64,000 nucleotides of DNA, taken from positions 1-64,000 of the IMG/VR virus record IMGVR_UViG_3300045141_000181; one strand, 5' to 3'. Made by a program: the position numbers and the translations under genes. This document shows, one piece after another, positions 10,753-19,899 of this stretch (the stretch's first letter is position 1; each line of letters starts with the position of its first letter). The notes beneath the pieces were generated by a model. That model saw only the letters and a list, made by a program, of their open reading frames with translations. It made no database searches and was not told where the DNA came from. This DNA is from a virus.

Positions 10753-11208
10753 ATGCACCCTAATTCTAAAACACTTGCCTGCCTTGGAAAGTTCATTAGT
10801 CCTGAACCCACTTCTGGCTGTTGGCTTTGGCTGGGATCTACCGACTCCGGCGGATACGGCGTGATAAAGATTTGTAGTACATTGCGCCAAGCGCACCGTA
10901 TTTTTTACGAAATGCTCAAGCATCCGATTCCTGAAGGTTTGGAGCTTGACCATCTTTGTAGAGTGCATTGTTGCGTGAACCCAGATCATCTGGAGCCGGT
11001 AACTCACGCAGAGAATCAGCGCAGATCACACACAGGTAATCGCAAAGGCAACGGAGGCATTAATAATGCCCGAAAGACGCATTGCCCTAAAGGTCATCCC
11101 TACGACGCAGTGAACACCCTGACGTGCAAGGGTAAGCGACATTGTCTTGCTTGTAATAGGTCCTACTACCGCGACCATGTATCTAGGCAATCCAGCCGAA
11201 CATCATAA
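10753..11208 (+). CDS. Free-standing HNH homing endonuclease
   Basis: SGCWLW...AHR...LDHLCRVHCCVNPDHLE plus KTHCPKGHPY...C..C zinc module; antisense to the structural operon. Confidence 0.9.
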   Translation: MHPNSKTLACLGKFISPEPTSGCWLWLGSTDSGGYGVIKICSTLRQAHRIFYEMLKHPIPEGLELDHLCRVHCCVNPDHLEPVTHAENQRRSHTGNRKGNGGINNARKTHCPKGHPYDAVNTLTCKGKRHCLACNRSYYRDHVSRQSSRTS

Positions 11209-11548
11209 TCGAGTCCCCAACTTGCGGCGTCTGACCAACCGAGAAGACCATATAGCGATTGCCAAACGATACGTCGTAATTCAGAGTCATAAGCACGCCG
11301 TTTCTCCAGATTTGAGCGCGGCGAAGCACCACCCCGACGTGAAAGATTCGGTTTGTCCCGTCAATCGGCCCTATGATCGTGCCGGGATACACGATGCTGT
11401 CGCCATATCCGCCCTCACCATAGCCGCCGTCGCCGTATCCGAGCAATACATCCTTGCTCGTGAACTGCATCGGTGGCGCGGACCCGAGATTGCCAAGGTA
11501 GCCGCCGTAGTTCGGAACCCCGAACCCGCCTTGTCCGAATCCACTCAT
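11183..11548 (-). CDS. Structural protein, paralogous to the adaptor C-terminal domain
   Basis: IDGTNRIF...RNGV...PQVGDSI matches IDGTNTVF...RNGV...PQPGDIL in 11545-12546; GYG repeats at the N-terminus. Confidence 0.5.
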   Translation of the reverse strand: MSGFGQGGFGVPNYGGYLGNLGSAPPMQFTSKDVLLGYGDGGYGEGGYGDSIVYPGTIIGPIDGTNRIFHVGVVLRRAQIWRNGVLMTLNYDVSFGNRYMVFSVGQTPQVGDSIMMFGWIA

Positions 11549-12546
11549 GACGACGGTGCCAAATAGACCTCGAAGGTTAATATGTCTCCGGGCTGCGGTG
11601 CCGATCCGCTCATGAACGTGACGACATTGCTGATGTACGTGTAGTCCACCAGGAACGTTAGCCCGACGCCGTTACGAAACACAAGAATCTGGGAGACAAT
11701 GCCGAAAATGTTAAGCGTAAATACGGTATTGGTTCCGTCGATCACGCCCACGACAGAACCGTCGTTCGTGCCGGTCGATAGTTGAATAGGCACGTTTTGC
11801 GCGCCGCCGCCCGTTGTCCCTTGCTGCGCGGCCACGTACGGGATTGCGCGTCCCGCCCACAAGCGCCGCCCAGCCTGGAACGGTCTGTGCGCAATCTGCA
11901 CATTTTGCCGACTGCGCACGAGCGGCTGGATGAGCATGTAGAGCTGACCGCCCATCGAGCCTAGGAGGTACTTCGGCCCTACGGCCTGCAGGAAGCAACG
12001 CTGCGCGATGGCATCGTATCCCTTGCGCTGGCCCGCCACACCTACGGCATAGTTACTGAGGAAGGAAAGGCTAGAATCAACCATGACCTGAGTGGCATCG
12101 GCAGCAGGAGATACCGGCGCGGTGCCGGATGCTTCCCACTTGATTTCGAGTTGTATGTTCTGTGTGGCACCAATCCAATAAAATGTGTTATTCCTCCAGT
12201 TGAACCAGCGCAGCATATCGCTAGGCTGGCGCTGCGGAAGAACATCGACTGAGGTCATTTCGCGGAACTTATCGCTACTACCCAATGGCCGCTCGCGGAG
12301 GAAGACATAATCCCCGAAGTCCGCAATACCCATGTCGGCGGGCGTCATCCCGGTATTCATCGCCGGTACCGTGATCTGCTGCATCAACTCGATGCGCGGA
12401 CACTGCGCCGTAAGCATTGCGGCAAATAGAGAGTCAAAAGCCTCACCGAATGCCGCGTTGAATACATCGTCGGTAAACACGGCTCCGCTCGGGTCATCGA
12501 GCAAAGCCCGGAAGCGCGTCTTGACCATGCCGACGGTTGGATACAT
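11545..12546 (-). CDS. Head-tail adaptor (tail tubular protein A-like) with extra C-terminal beta domain
   Basis: Helical N-terminus (TVGMVKTRFRALLDD...FTDD) typical of podovirus adaptors; position. Confidence 0.55.
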   Translation of the reverse strand: MYPTVGMVKTRFRALLDDPSGAVFTDDVFNAAFGEAFDSLFAAMLTAQCPRIELMQQITVPAMNTGMTPADMGIADFGDYVFLRERPLGSSDKFREMTSVDVLPQRQPSDMLRWFNWRNNTFYWIGATQNIQLEIKWEASGTAPVSPAADATQVMVDSSLSFLSNYAVGVAGQRKGYDAIAQRCFLQAVGPKYLLGSMGGQLYMLIQPLVRSRQNVQIAHRPFQAGRRLWAGRAIPYVAAQQGTTGGGAQNVPIQLSTGTNDGSVVGVIDGTNTVFTLNIFGIVSQILVFRNGVGLTFLVDYTYISNVVTFMSGSAPQPGDILTFEVYLAPSS

Positions 12547-12547
12547 C

Positions 12548-14746
12548 TTACGGGCAGCTCGTGCTTGTCAGAATTCCGCCGGTAAATACTAAGTTGCAAG
12601 CGCCGCCGCCACCACCAGTTACCGATATGGTCTGCGTAAGTCCAGCGGTGCCGCCCACGTTATAACCCCCGGTAACATTCAGATGCCCGGTAGTGAGCAA
12701 TTGCATAATCGGGGTGCCGGAAATAGGCGTATTGAACGTTTTAGAAAACCAGTCGAACGCGATAGAATCAGCGGAATAGCTCCACGCCAACGGATGCGCC
12801 ACGTTTGTCCCTTGGCTGGACCCAAATCCAGATGACCAATTCGGATCGCCTAGATTAATCTGCTCGTTGTAGTGATTCCCGCCGCTGTCTCCACCGGACG
12901 CCTCCAGGTTCATAACTTGCAATCCGGCCGAATCCGTTACATGCGTTCCGCTGATGTCCAATACAGGGTTGTACTTCGTCGTGTCGTTGACAATAGGATT
13001 CTGCGCGATTGTGCCCTTTGGCGTGCTCTTGAACACCAGAAGGTTCTGTAATGCCGCCGCGCTTAATACCCGGTCTGTAGCGCCTGATCCGCCCGGTCCC
13101 TGCGATGGCACCGTGTATAACTTCATGCCCGCCTCAGTCCCGTACGTTCCTATCCAGCACGCGCCGCCGTTATTGGTTCCATCCGTCTTTAGTCGCCAAT
13201 TGGTCCCGTCCCATGCGCAATTGACCCCAAGTCCGAACTGGAAACCATTCGACGAGCCGACCGATGGGATTAAGCCGGTGGCTGGATTGTCGACACCAAC
13301 AGACCGCGCGGCTATTTTTAGGCCAGTGCGCGGATCCATTCTCAACACTTGATTTAGCGGATTGGCGCATACATTTGTGGCATCGCCGAACCCTAGCGCG
13401 CAAAGGCTGAAAGTATTGTTAGCCGAGTCGAATATCGAGATGAACGGGCTAGATATGCTGTTGCCCGAAAAATACCCGAAGTTCATGATTCCGGCATTGT
13501 CGGCAGCAATGATTTGCGGCGTGACTGGCGTGCCGCCGATAGTCGCCGTGCCGGTATCCCACGATTGCGAAGTGTTTAAGGAAGTAACGCGCGCTACTTG
13601 CTGTTGCTTTGCTGCGCCGTCGTACACACCGGGGGTTATTACGCCTCCCGGAGACAAGATATTGACCGTGCCCCATCCCCAGAAGTTCCCGCTAGCCGTG
13701 ACGTGTACCGATTGCGCAGTATGCGCACCGCTGTACTCGCCCGTAACCATGTACTCGTTTTCGGCTACGTTTCCGTCGCTCTGGATGCATGTTGGCGGCG
13801 AAGTGAATGACGCACCATCGTCCATATTGCACGTGCTCGTAAAGCTCGTGTTGTACATGAATACGCCGGTCTTGAACCAGAATCCGATCTGTCCGGAATG
13901 CGCATTCGCCGACACATTTAGGAATCGGTTGTATCCAAAACTCGTGTTGGAAGGACTCCCAACCGTCTCAAAGATCCAGCCGGTCGTGTTGTAGGGATCG
14001 GTCGGATAAATCGATGTTGGAACGCCGCCCGCCCAGACGTTATCCCAGGTGTTTCGCTCAGTCCATGCGCCGCCGTTATCCGGGAAGCAATCCAGCCGAT
14101 CTTGAACGCGAATTCCAGCGGCGCTCGCTCCGGTGTAGCCGGTTGCGAAGATCTGTTGGAATACCGCTCCTACGATGCATCCGGTTTGTAGTCCAGCGGA
14201 TCCGGTTGCCGTTCCTACGATTCCAAATTTCCCGTAATATCCGGCAGGCTCAACGGAAAACGGACTCATTTGAATCACTACGCCGGGGATAAACGTCGCC
14301 GGAACGTGATGGATCAGCGCGCAGGATTCGTTTTCGCCCTCGAAGTTAACAAGTTGTGAATGAATTGTAAACGTCCCGGTAAGTCGATACGTGCCGCACG
14401 GCATGAAGATCGTCCCACCGCCCGCCGCTACTGCCGCCGCATATGTCGCATTGAACGCCGCCGTCTGATCGCCCGTGTCATCGCCCACCGCGCCAAATGC
14501 TTTCACGTTGAACACCGTAGACCCTGGATTGGATCCCGGCTGATAGTGTGAGCCGTCGCAGATGTAGAGCGTATCCGTGGTGGTGAGGTAGAACTGATTC
14601 CCGGCAATGGAGCACGAACTGGGAACCACCGTTCCCGACGTGATCGGCTTATTGCGGATCTGCGTGTTGTAGTCGATCATCGTCTGCGAGAACGCAGGCA
14701 CTGACCACACCATCAGAACCGACAAGTATAGGAAGTAGCGGCGCAT
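12548..14746 (-). CDS. Tailspike / beta-helix depolymerase-like protein with signal peptide
   Basis: Likely start MRRYFLYLSVLMVWSVPAFS-Q at 14746. Pectate-lyase-3-type VFNVKAFGAVGDDTGDQTAAF...GGGTIFMPCGTY motif. Confidence 0.75.
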   Translation of the reverse strand: MRRYFLYLSVLMVWSVPAFSQTMIDYNTQIRNKPITSGTVVPSSCSIAGNQFYLTTTDTLYICDGSHYQPGSNPGSTVFNVKAFGAVGDDTGDQTAAFNATYAAAVAAGGGTIFMPCGTYRLTGTFTIHSQLVNFEGENESCALIHHVPATFIPGVVIQMSPFSVEPAGYYGKFGIVGTATGSAGLQTGCIVGAVFQQIFATGYTGASAAGIRVQDRLDCFPDNGGAWTERNTWDNVWAGGVPTSIYPTDPYNTTGWIFETVGSPSNTSFGYNRFLNVSANAHSGQIGFWFKTGVFMYNTSFTSTCNMDDGASFTSPPTCIQSDGNVAENEYMVTGEYSGAHTAQSVHVTASGNFWGWGTVNILSPGGVITPGVYDGAAKQQQVARVTSLNTSQSWDTGTATIGGTPVTPQIIAADNAGIMNFGYFSGNSISSPFISIFDSANNTFSLCALGFGDATNVCANPLNQVLRMDPRTGLKIAARSVGVDNPATGLIPSVGSSNGFQFGLGVNCAWDGTNWRLKTDGTNNGGACWIGTYGTEAGMKLYTVPSQGPGGSGATDRVLSAAALQNLLVFKSTPKGTIAQNPIVNDTTKYNPVLDISGTHVTDSAGLQVMNLEASGGDSGGNHYNEQINLGDPNWSSGFGSSQGTNVAHPLAWSYSADSIAFDWFSKTFNTPISGTPIMQLLTTGHLNVTGGYNVGGTAGLTQTISVTGGGGGACNLVFTGGILTSTSCP

Positions 14747-14748
14747 TT

Positions 14749-15507
14749 TTATGCTGCGGGCTGGCTTGCGTTCGTCTTCGCCTGCTTGATCGCCGCGCCC
14801 TTGAGCGCTTCGCGTTCTGCCCATCGATCCATATCCACAACTTGCTGGCAGTGCGGGCAGACAACCGCCTCTTTCGAGATCGAGCGCGTGCACATCGGGC
14901 AATTGACCACATCGAGCGCCGCACCCTCGCGCATCCACGGCGCGACTACGCCGAAATGCGTTGCCGCGGCCCGCGCCGGTGGGGGCACCAGCGGAATGCG
15001 CTTAGGGTTGCCGTCGGTGAATGCGGTGGCATCTTGAATCAGCCGATGACCATAGATCTGGTTGGCATTGTGCGCCGCTGCTAGATCTTCATCCCACATC
15101 TGTTTCTTCTCTGCCGCAGTAGCGTCCCGATACAGCGCCTTTCCTTCGGCGTCCATCTGGATCTGCCCGTCCCGTTCCCCGCCTTCGTGAATCAGGGGAA
15201 TCGTCTCGCGAACCATAAAGATTCCCGGATGACATTCCGGCGTCATCATGTGGCCGCTTGCAGCCCACTCGTTGACGAGATCACGCGCGATGTCACCGGC
15301 GTTGATCAGGTAGCGACGCTTCTGGCGCTTGCCTCCCTGCCCGAGAATGTAGGGACCTTCCTCGACCTGGACCTTGTCGGTCAATTCAAGAATGATCGGA
15401 TCCGCGCCGCGTGGTACGGCCGGAATGTCGTAAGGCCCGTGGCCGAACGTGCTGCGATCGGCATGTACGGGATAGAAATAGACAGACGCTATGCGTGCTG
15501 TGCTCAT
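14749..15507 (-). CDS. Hypothetical protein with C-terminal zinc ribbon
   Basis: CPMC...CPHC motif; downstream of the capsid gene. Confidence 0.55.
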   Translation of the reverse strand: MSTARIASVYFYPVHADRSTFGHGPYDIPAVPRGADPIILELTDKVQVEEGPYILGQGGKRQKRRYLINAGDIARDLVNEWAASGHMMTPECHPGIFMVRETIPLIHEGGERDGQIQMDAEGKALYRDATAAEKKQMWDEDLAAAHNANQIYGHRLIQDATAFTDGNPKRIPLVPPPARAAATHFGVVAPWMREGAALDVVNCPMCTRSISKEAVVCPHCQQVVDMDRWAEREALKGAAIKQAKTNASQPAA

Positions 15508-15977
15508 GATGTTGCTCCTCTGTAACCTGTTTGCTCGTAACTGTCGATCGCCGAGTAGTTCTGGTTCTGAACGTACTCAGTCCATTCGTCATCTACGGTT
15601 TGTATTTGGCGCTCCATGTCGGCGTTGACTGAGCGCATTTCCTTCGCGAATGTCGTTGACATCTGCGCATCGAGCGCGCGGATTGCTTTCTGGGTCAGTT
15701 CGTCCGACGGCTCTTGTCCGACCGGCAGCGCCCATTCGACATAGGCGTGATACATGCCGTTTTCCGGGTACGGATAGCGGCTATTAAATTCTTTGTGCCA
15801 TCGCTCGCGCGGCCAGTTTGGTTTGTCCCAATGGGTCATAACCCACTGATCGCTGAGATGCTTCGACCAGAAGATGAGGCTTGGACCCCACGCCCAGCGG
15901 AATCGCGGTTGTGTTCCTCCCCGAACAAATCCTAAAGACTCTCCGAGCTTCCGGTTGAGCCGGTCAATATGTGTCAT
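15504..15977 (-). CDS. Hypothetical phage protein
   Basis: Trp-rich ORF, ATGA-coupled to the next gene. Confidence 0.5.
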   Translation of the reverse strand: MTHIDRLNRKLGESLGFVRGGTQPRFRWAWGPSLIFWSKHLSDQWVMTHWDKPNWPRERWHKEFNSRYPYPENGMYHAYVEWALPVGQEPSDELTQKAIRALDAQMSTTFAKEMRSVNADMERQIQTVDDEWTEYVQNQNYSAIDSYEQTGYRGATS

Positions 15978-15985
15978 GTGTTTTG

Positions 15986-16018
15986 AAAAAGAGGGGCGGC
16001 GTTATGGGTCACCGCCCC
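15986..16018 (-). terminator. Rho-independent terminator after the capsid/HNH genes
   Basis: Minus strand GGGGCGGTG-acccataa-CGCCGCCCC followed by TCTTTTT. Confidence 0.7.
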
Positions 16019-16045
16019 GTAATGGAGGAAAGAGAATCGCCGCGT

Positions 16046-16747
16046 TTACTGTTCTGCCGCCTTGCGGCGGTCGTACATTCCCTTTTGACGAATGTGGCAG
16101 CACTCCCTACAGCGCTTTTGAACTCCCCACTTCGTCTTGTAGAACAAGACATTGTCTGCCGTGAGCGCGTGCCCGCGCAGGCATTCTTTCTTGAACTTTG
16201 CAGGATCCTTTTTATGCTTAGGGCGAATCCGCTTCGCGTCTCGATGTGACTGTGCCTTGATACGGTCACAAGCCCTGCATTCCCGGTGACCACGCACATT
16301 GATGCGCGTGTTTTCCGGCGTGTACGGGTGCCCTGCAGCGCAACAGTCACGATGTGCGGCAATGCTTGAAGCCGTTCCGGGGGTCAACTCTACGATGTGC
16401 TCTCGTGGCGTGACCGATAGCGTGTGTTCTGGATTCGCGCACGCGCGCCCAGTACATCTGATCGGTTCTTCTACCTGATGGTGTACGTGGCGTTCCGGTG
16501 GCACTGGGCCATAGGTAAGCTCGTGGCACAGCCGATGAACGGATAGATTACCAGTCTTTCTTAGGCTACGGATTTTGACGACGCCGTAACCAGCAACGCA
16601 TGATCTTTTCCAGAGCCAACAGCCCGTAGCCGGTGAATAGTCCATATTTCCCAGCAAGCGTTCTATCTTCTCTTTTCCAATGCCGAGATGGTCATTGAAT
16701 ATTGCTGGGGATGCGATCGATGATTGAATTGCTTCTAGCACTGTCAC
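16046..16747 (-). CDS. Free-standing HNH homing endonuclease
   Basis: TGCWLW...VHR...HH...CANPEH plus two C..GH...C..C zinc modules. Leaderless promoter TATACA-17-TAAAAT-6-GTG. Confidence 0.85.
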   Translation of the reverse strand: MTVLEAIQSSIASPAIFNDHLGIGKEKIERLLGNMDYSPATGCWLWKRSCVAGYGVVKIRSLRKTGNLSVHRLCHELTYGPVPPERHVHHQVEEPIRCTGRACANPEHTLSVTPREHIVELTPGTASSIAAHRDCCAAGHPYTPENTRINVRGHRECRACDRIKAQSHRDAKRIRPKHKKDPAKFKKECLRGHALTADNVLFYKTKWGVQKRCRECCHIRQKGMYDRRKAAEQ

Positions 16748-16821
16748 ATCCCCATTTTACTTCAGACTTGCACCAGTGTATAATCTTACTGGATTAGATT
16801 TTTCGTTGCCTTCTGCTATCT

Positions 16822-18093
16822 TTATGAATAATAAGACGATAGCGGAAGATTATTGATAAGACCCTGCTCCCCTGGGTTTATGCAATATAGATCTTGATCG
16901 CGAGTGAGTCCGAACCATACGCCCGCAGCCGGACCACCCGACGCGCCGTACAGCTGAATGAATCGCGCGTCAGGGCCGCTCTTGCCGGGAGTCTCGAAGA
17001 ACCCATCTGGCGCGAGTTGCGCACGTCCCCAAGTGCTCGGATCGATGTAGGGCACAACCGTCTGCGATTGGTGGATGTCCACGTAGTGCGGAATGCCGCC
17101 CCACATGAACGATTCCTTGCCCTTGATCTTCGGCAAGCGATCGACCACCGGAGCAGTGCCGCCGTCGAGCAGCGACATCTGAATCGCCATCATCTGGGTG
17201 TAAGCGTACGCGCGCTGCGCGGGCGCTGCGATTCCCAGAAGATTCGGCACTTCGCCACGATCCATCAAGATGCGGTCATACAGAGCCATGACCGCTTCAG
17301 TCGTCAGGCCGTTGGTGCCGTCTACCGATTTGGAAATGATCTGATTGGTCAATGCGCGGTCGATACCGGCAGTTGTGCCCGATGCGGCATTGCTGATCCA
17401 GTACTGCAGACCGCGAGGACCGGCAGGCTGAGCGCCCGAAACGCCTTCAAACGCGATTAGGTCGCCCGATGCCCCACCAGGCACCACGCCCGATAGAGTC
17501 AGCGTGCGAGCTTGCGTGCCAATCTGAGTCGCCCACAGAACCCCGGCGCTCTTAACCGTAGTGCCGGTCGAGTCGTAGACCGTGTAATACTGCCCGATGC
17601 GTAGCAACTGCGTACCGAACGCATTGGTCATCGTGTAGACCGATACGCCGGTGCCGGTGGAATAGGCGTTGGACGTCGCCAAGAATGCGGTGCCGTTGCC
17701 GTGGATGATCTTGTCCCACAGCAGTTGATTTTCCTTCCACCCGTCCGCGATGCATTGCAGAAACGGATTCTGTACGGCGATTTTCTTGTTGGTCGTCGCC
17801 TTGATCTGCATCTGATCAAATTCGAAGTTAAGTCTCCAACTGAAGAACGACTGGAACATCACGTTGCCGGTCGGTGAAGAGCCGCGCCCCATGTCGCCCA
17901 ATTGGTTGTCGTAGTGACCGCCTCGGCCACCGAACGTTAACTTGAACGGAATGCGGTAGTCACGCTCACCGACAATCTCGATCTCGCCTTTGCTGATGAA
18001 GTCGGACAGCACCTTGAAGTCCGCCTCTGCCCAGAACGGGAAGAGTTTGGTGCGGACTACTTCGGACTGCTGCCAGAGTGTATTTGAAGCCAT
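16822..18093 (-). CDS. Major capsid protein
   Basis: 423 aa after the scaffold; GPRGLQYWI...AGIDRA motif common in P22-like capsid proteins; followed by a terminator. Confidence 0.75.
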   Translation of the reverse strand: MASNTLWQQSEVVRTKLFPFWAEADFKVLSDFISKGEIEIVGERDYRIPFKLTFGGRGGHYDNQLGDMGRGSSPTGNVMFQSFFSWRLNFEFDQMQIKATTNKKIAVQNPFLQCIADGWKENQLLWDKIIHGNGTAFLATSNAYSTGTGVSVYTMTNAFGTQLLRIGQYYTVYDSTGTTVKSAGVLWATQIGTQARTLTLSGVVPGGASGDLIAFEGVSGAQPAGPRGLQYWISNAASGTTAGIDRALTNQIISKSVDGTNGLTTEAVMALYDRILMDRGEVPNLLGIAAPAQRAYAYTQMMAIQMSLLDGGTAPVVDRLPKIKGKESFMWGGIPHYVDIHQSQTVVPYIDPSTWGRAQLAPDGFFETPGKSGPDARFIQLYGASGGPAAGVWFGLTRDQDLYCINPGEQGLINNLPLSSYYS

Positions 18094-18122
18094 TGGTTAA
18101 TTCCCCTGATTGTTTTGCACTC

Positions 18123-19574
18123 TCACAGGCCGAGCCGCTTCATTTGCGCTGCCGCTGTTTTCGGGTCATACACGCCGTCTTTGAAAGCCGGAAAGTCTTT
18201 GGGTATGAGCGAACGCGGCACCGTTCCTGTAGCGGATTTCGGTGCGGTGCGGTTCTGAGCGCTTGCTTGCCGCTCGTGTCTCTGGTCGGCCTGCTGTTTC
18301 AACCGGTTTGCGGCGAATTCGAGGACCGGCTTTTTAACCGCCTCTGCCGCCAACTTGGCGCGATTAACTACAATCCTCTTCATTTCCTGACCAATCTCGT
18401 CTCGTCTCTGTGCAGAAACGGCGCGTTTGGCTTGGCTGTCTAGTTGATTGAGTCGTGCATTGAAACCCTCGTCGCTCTTTAGAACTTCGTTAACCTTCTT
18501 GTGCAAGCGGTCAACTACCAGATCGTTATAGTCGTCGGGGAATTTTTCCCAAGACTTCTCGACAGAAGACAAAGCAGGCTTGATTACCTCGTCGAGAACT
18601 CCTGTTTTTACTGCTTTAGATGTCGCCGTTTGCCACGCGTCAAACTGTTCAGCTTGGGTGGCAGTCGAACGTCCATCTACTATTGCCTGTAAACGCTGTA
18701 ATTCCGCACGCATCGCTGCGTCCGGCTTAGCGGCCCCAGGCTTCATTCCGGGCATTTCCTCAAGCGAGAAAAACGGAATCTTTTGACGGCTGGCGATATC
18801 CCGCATTTGGGATACATCTGCAATCCCATCCGCATTGGCCAACGTTCTCGCCAGTATTTGCGTAGAGGTAAATAAATCACGGTTACCCTTCTCCGCAGCC
18901 TCTGCGAACATCTCGCCAATAAAGTCTCGGGCGGCCATCATCCGCAGATTTGCGTAGCCATCCGGCGACCGCTCCTTCAGTTGCGAATACACCGCCTCCC
19001 CGAACGGGACACTCGAATCGACGCCGGTTTCCCCGGTTTCGCGCGCGCGCTTCATTTCATCCAGGAAGGTGTTGACGATATTCTTCTGAGTGGTTACATC
19101 CCCAGCGCCCAGGTCGCCGTATAGGTTCTCCTGCGCTAGATAGGCTTCGTGGCGTAACTGGAGCGCTTCAGCAGTTGCCGGTTCGCCCAGCATCTCGGAA
19201 ACTTTCTGTACGAGCTGGTGATTTCCGTAAATATTGTGGTAGCGGTTCTCTTCGAGGAAAAACCCCGGTTTTCCGTTGCGATCCTTGCCGCGCTTGACGC
19301 CCTCAGGCAGTTCTTCCTCGTCGGGCTTGGCTTCTTCCGGCTTCTCGGATTCTTCTTCGGGCAGTTCTTCGGTTCCCGGCTGCGGTTCTACTTCCGGTTG
19401 CTCGACTTCGGGCGCTTCCTGTGTATCAATTTCGGATTCGCCGATATCAGGTTGCGCATCTGCGCCCTGATCTGAGGTGCTATCAGTCCCCGCATCGAGA
19501 CCGGAGAATAGATCGGCTGGCGCGGCATTGACTAGATCCGCACCGCTACTTACAACAAGTGGCATGGTTGCCAT
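18123..19574 (-). CDS. Scaffolding protein
   Basis: Acidic disordered N-terminus, helical body, basic C-terminus; between portal and capsid. Confidence 0.65.
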   Translation of the reverse strand: MATMPLVVSSGADLVNAAPADLFSGLDAGTDSTSDQGADAQPDIGESEIDTQEAPEVEQPEVEPQPGTEELPEEESEKPEEAKPDEEELPEGVKRGKDRNGKPGFFLEENRYHNIYGNHQLVQKVSEMLGEPATAEALQLRHEAYLAQENLYGDLGAGDVTTQKNIVNTFLDEMKRARETGETGVDSSVPFGEAVYSQLKERSPDGYANLRMMAARDFIGEMFAEAAEKGNRDLFTSTQILARTLANADGIADVSQMRDIASRQKIPFFSLEEMPGMKPGAAKPDAAMRAELQRLQAIVDGRSTATQAEQFDAWQTATSKAVKTGVLDEVIKPALSSVEKSWEKFPDDYNDLVVDRLHKKVNEVLKSDEGFNARLNQLDSQAKRAVSAQRRDEIGQEMKRIVVNRAKLAAEAVKKPVLEFAANRLKQQADQRHERQASAQNRTAPKSATGTVPRSLIPKDFPAFKDGVYDPKTAAAQMKRLGL

Positions 19575-19626
19575 ATTCGTGATGTCCTTTGGTAATTCGT
19601 CGCGAATGCGACTAGATGGGTGTGAC

Positions 19627-19878
19627 TTAGAAAGATTCTGGCTTCGCGATCGATCTCACGAGAGCCATGAATCCTTTTTGTAGATCTGTCTTGGCGATGG
19701 CAAACCAGCGTGCATCAGCTACGCCTTCCGGCGCATCGCCACCACCCGGATTTCCGTAGCTTATGCCGTCGAGTAGTTCCTTGACCTGCTCGCCTGTCGC
19801 CTTGATTTTGTTCATTAGGTCTATTTCGACCTGCGATAGATCACGATAGCCCTTAATTTTTTGGTGTTGATTTTCCAT
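19627..19878 (-). CDS. acb2: Anti-CBASS cyclic-nucleotide sponge protein Acb2 (Vs.4/Tad1 family)
   Basis: MENQHQKIKGYRDLSQVEIDLMNKIK...RWFAIAKTDLQKGFMALVRSIAKPESF closely matches my recollection of Pseudomonas phage Acb2. Confidence 0.85.
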   Translation of the reverse strand: MENQHQKIKGYRDLSQVEIDLMNKIKATGEQVKELLDGISYGNPGGGDAPEGVADARWFAIAKTDLQKGFMALVRSIAKPESF

Positions 19879-19899
19879 TGTGATGTCCTTTGAGTTTTG

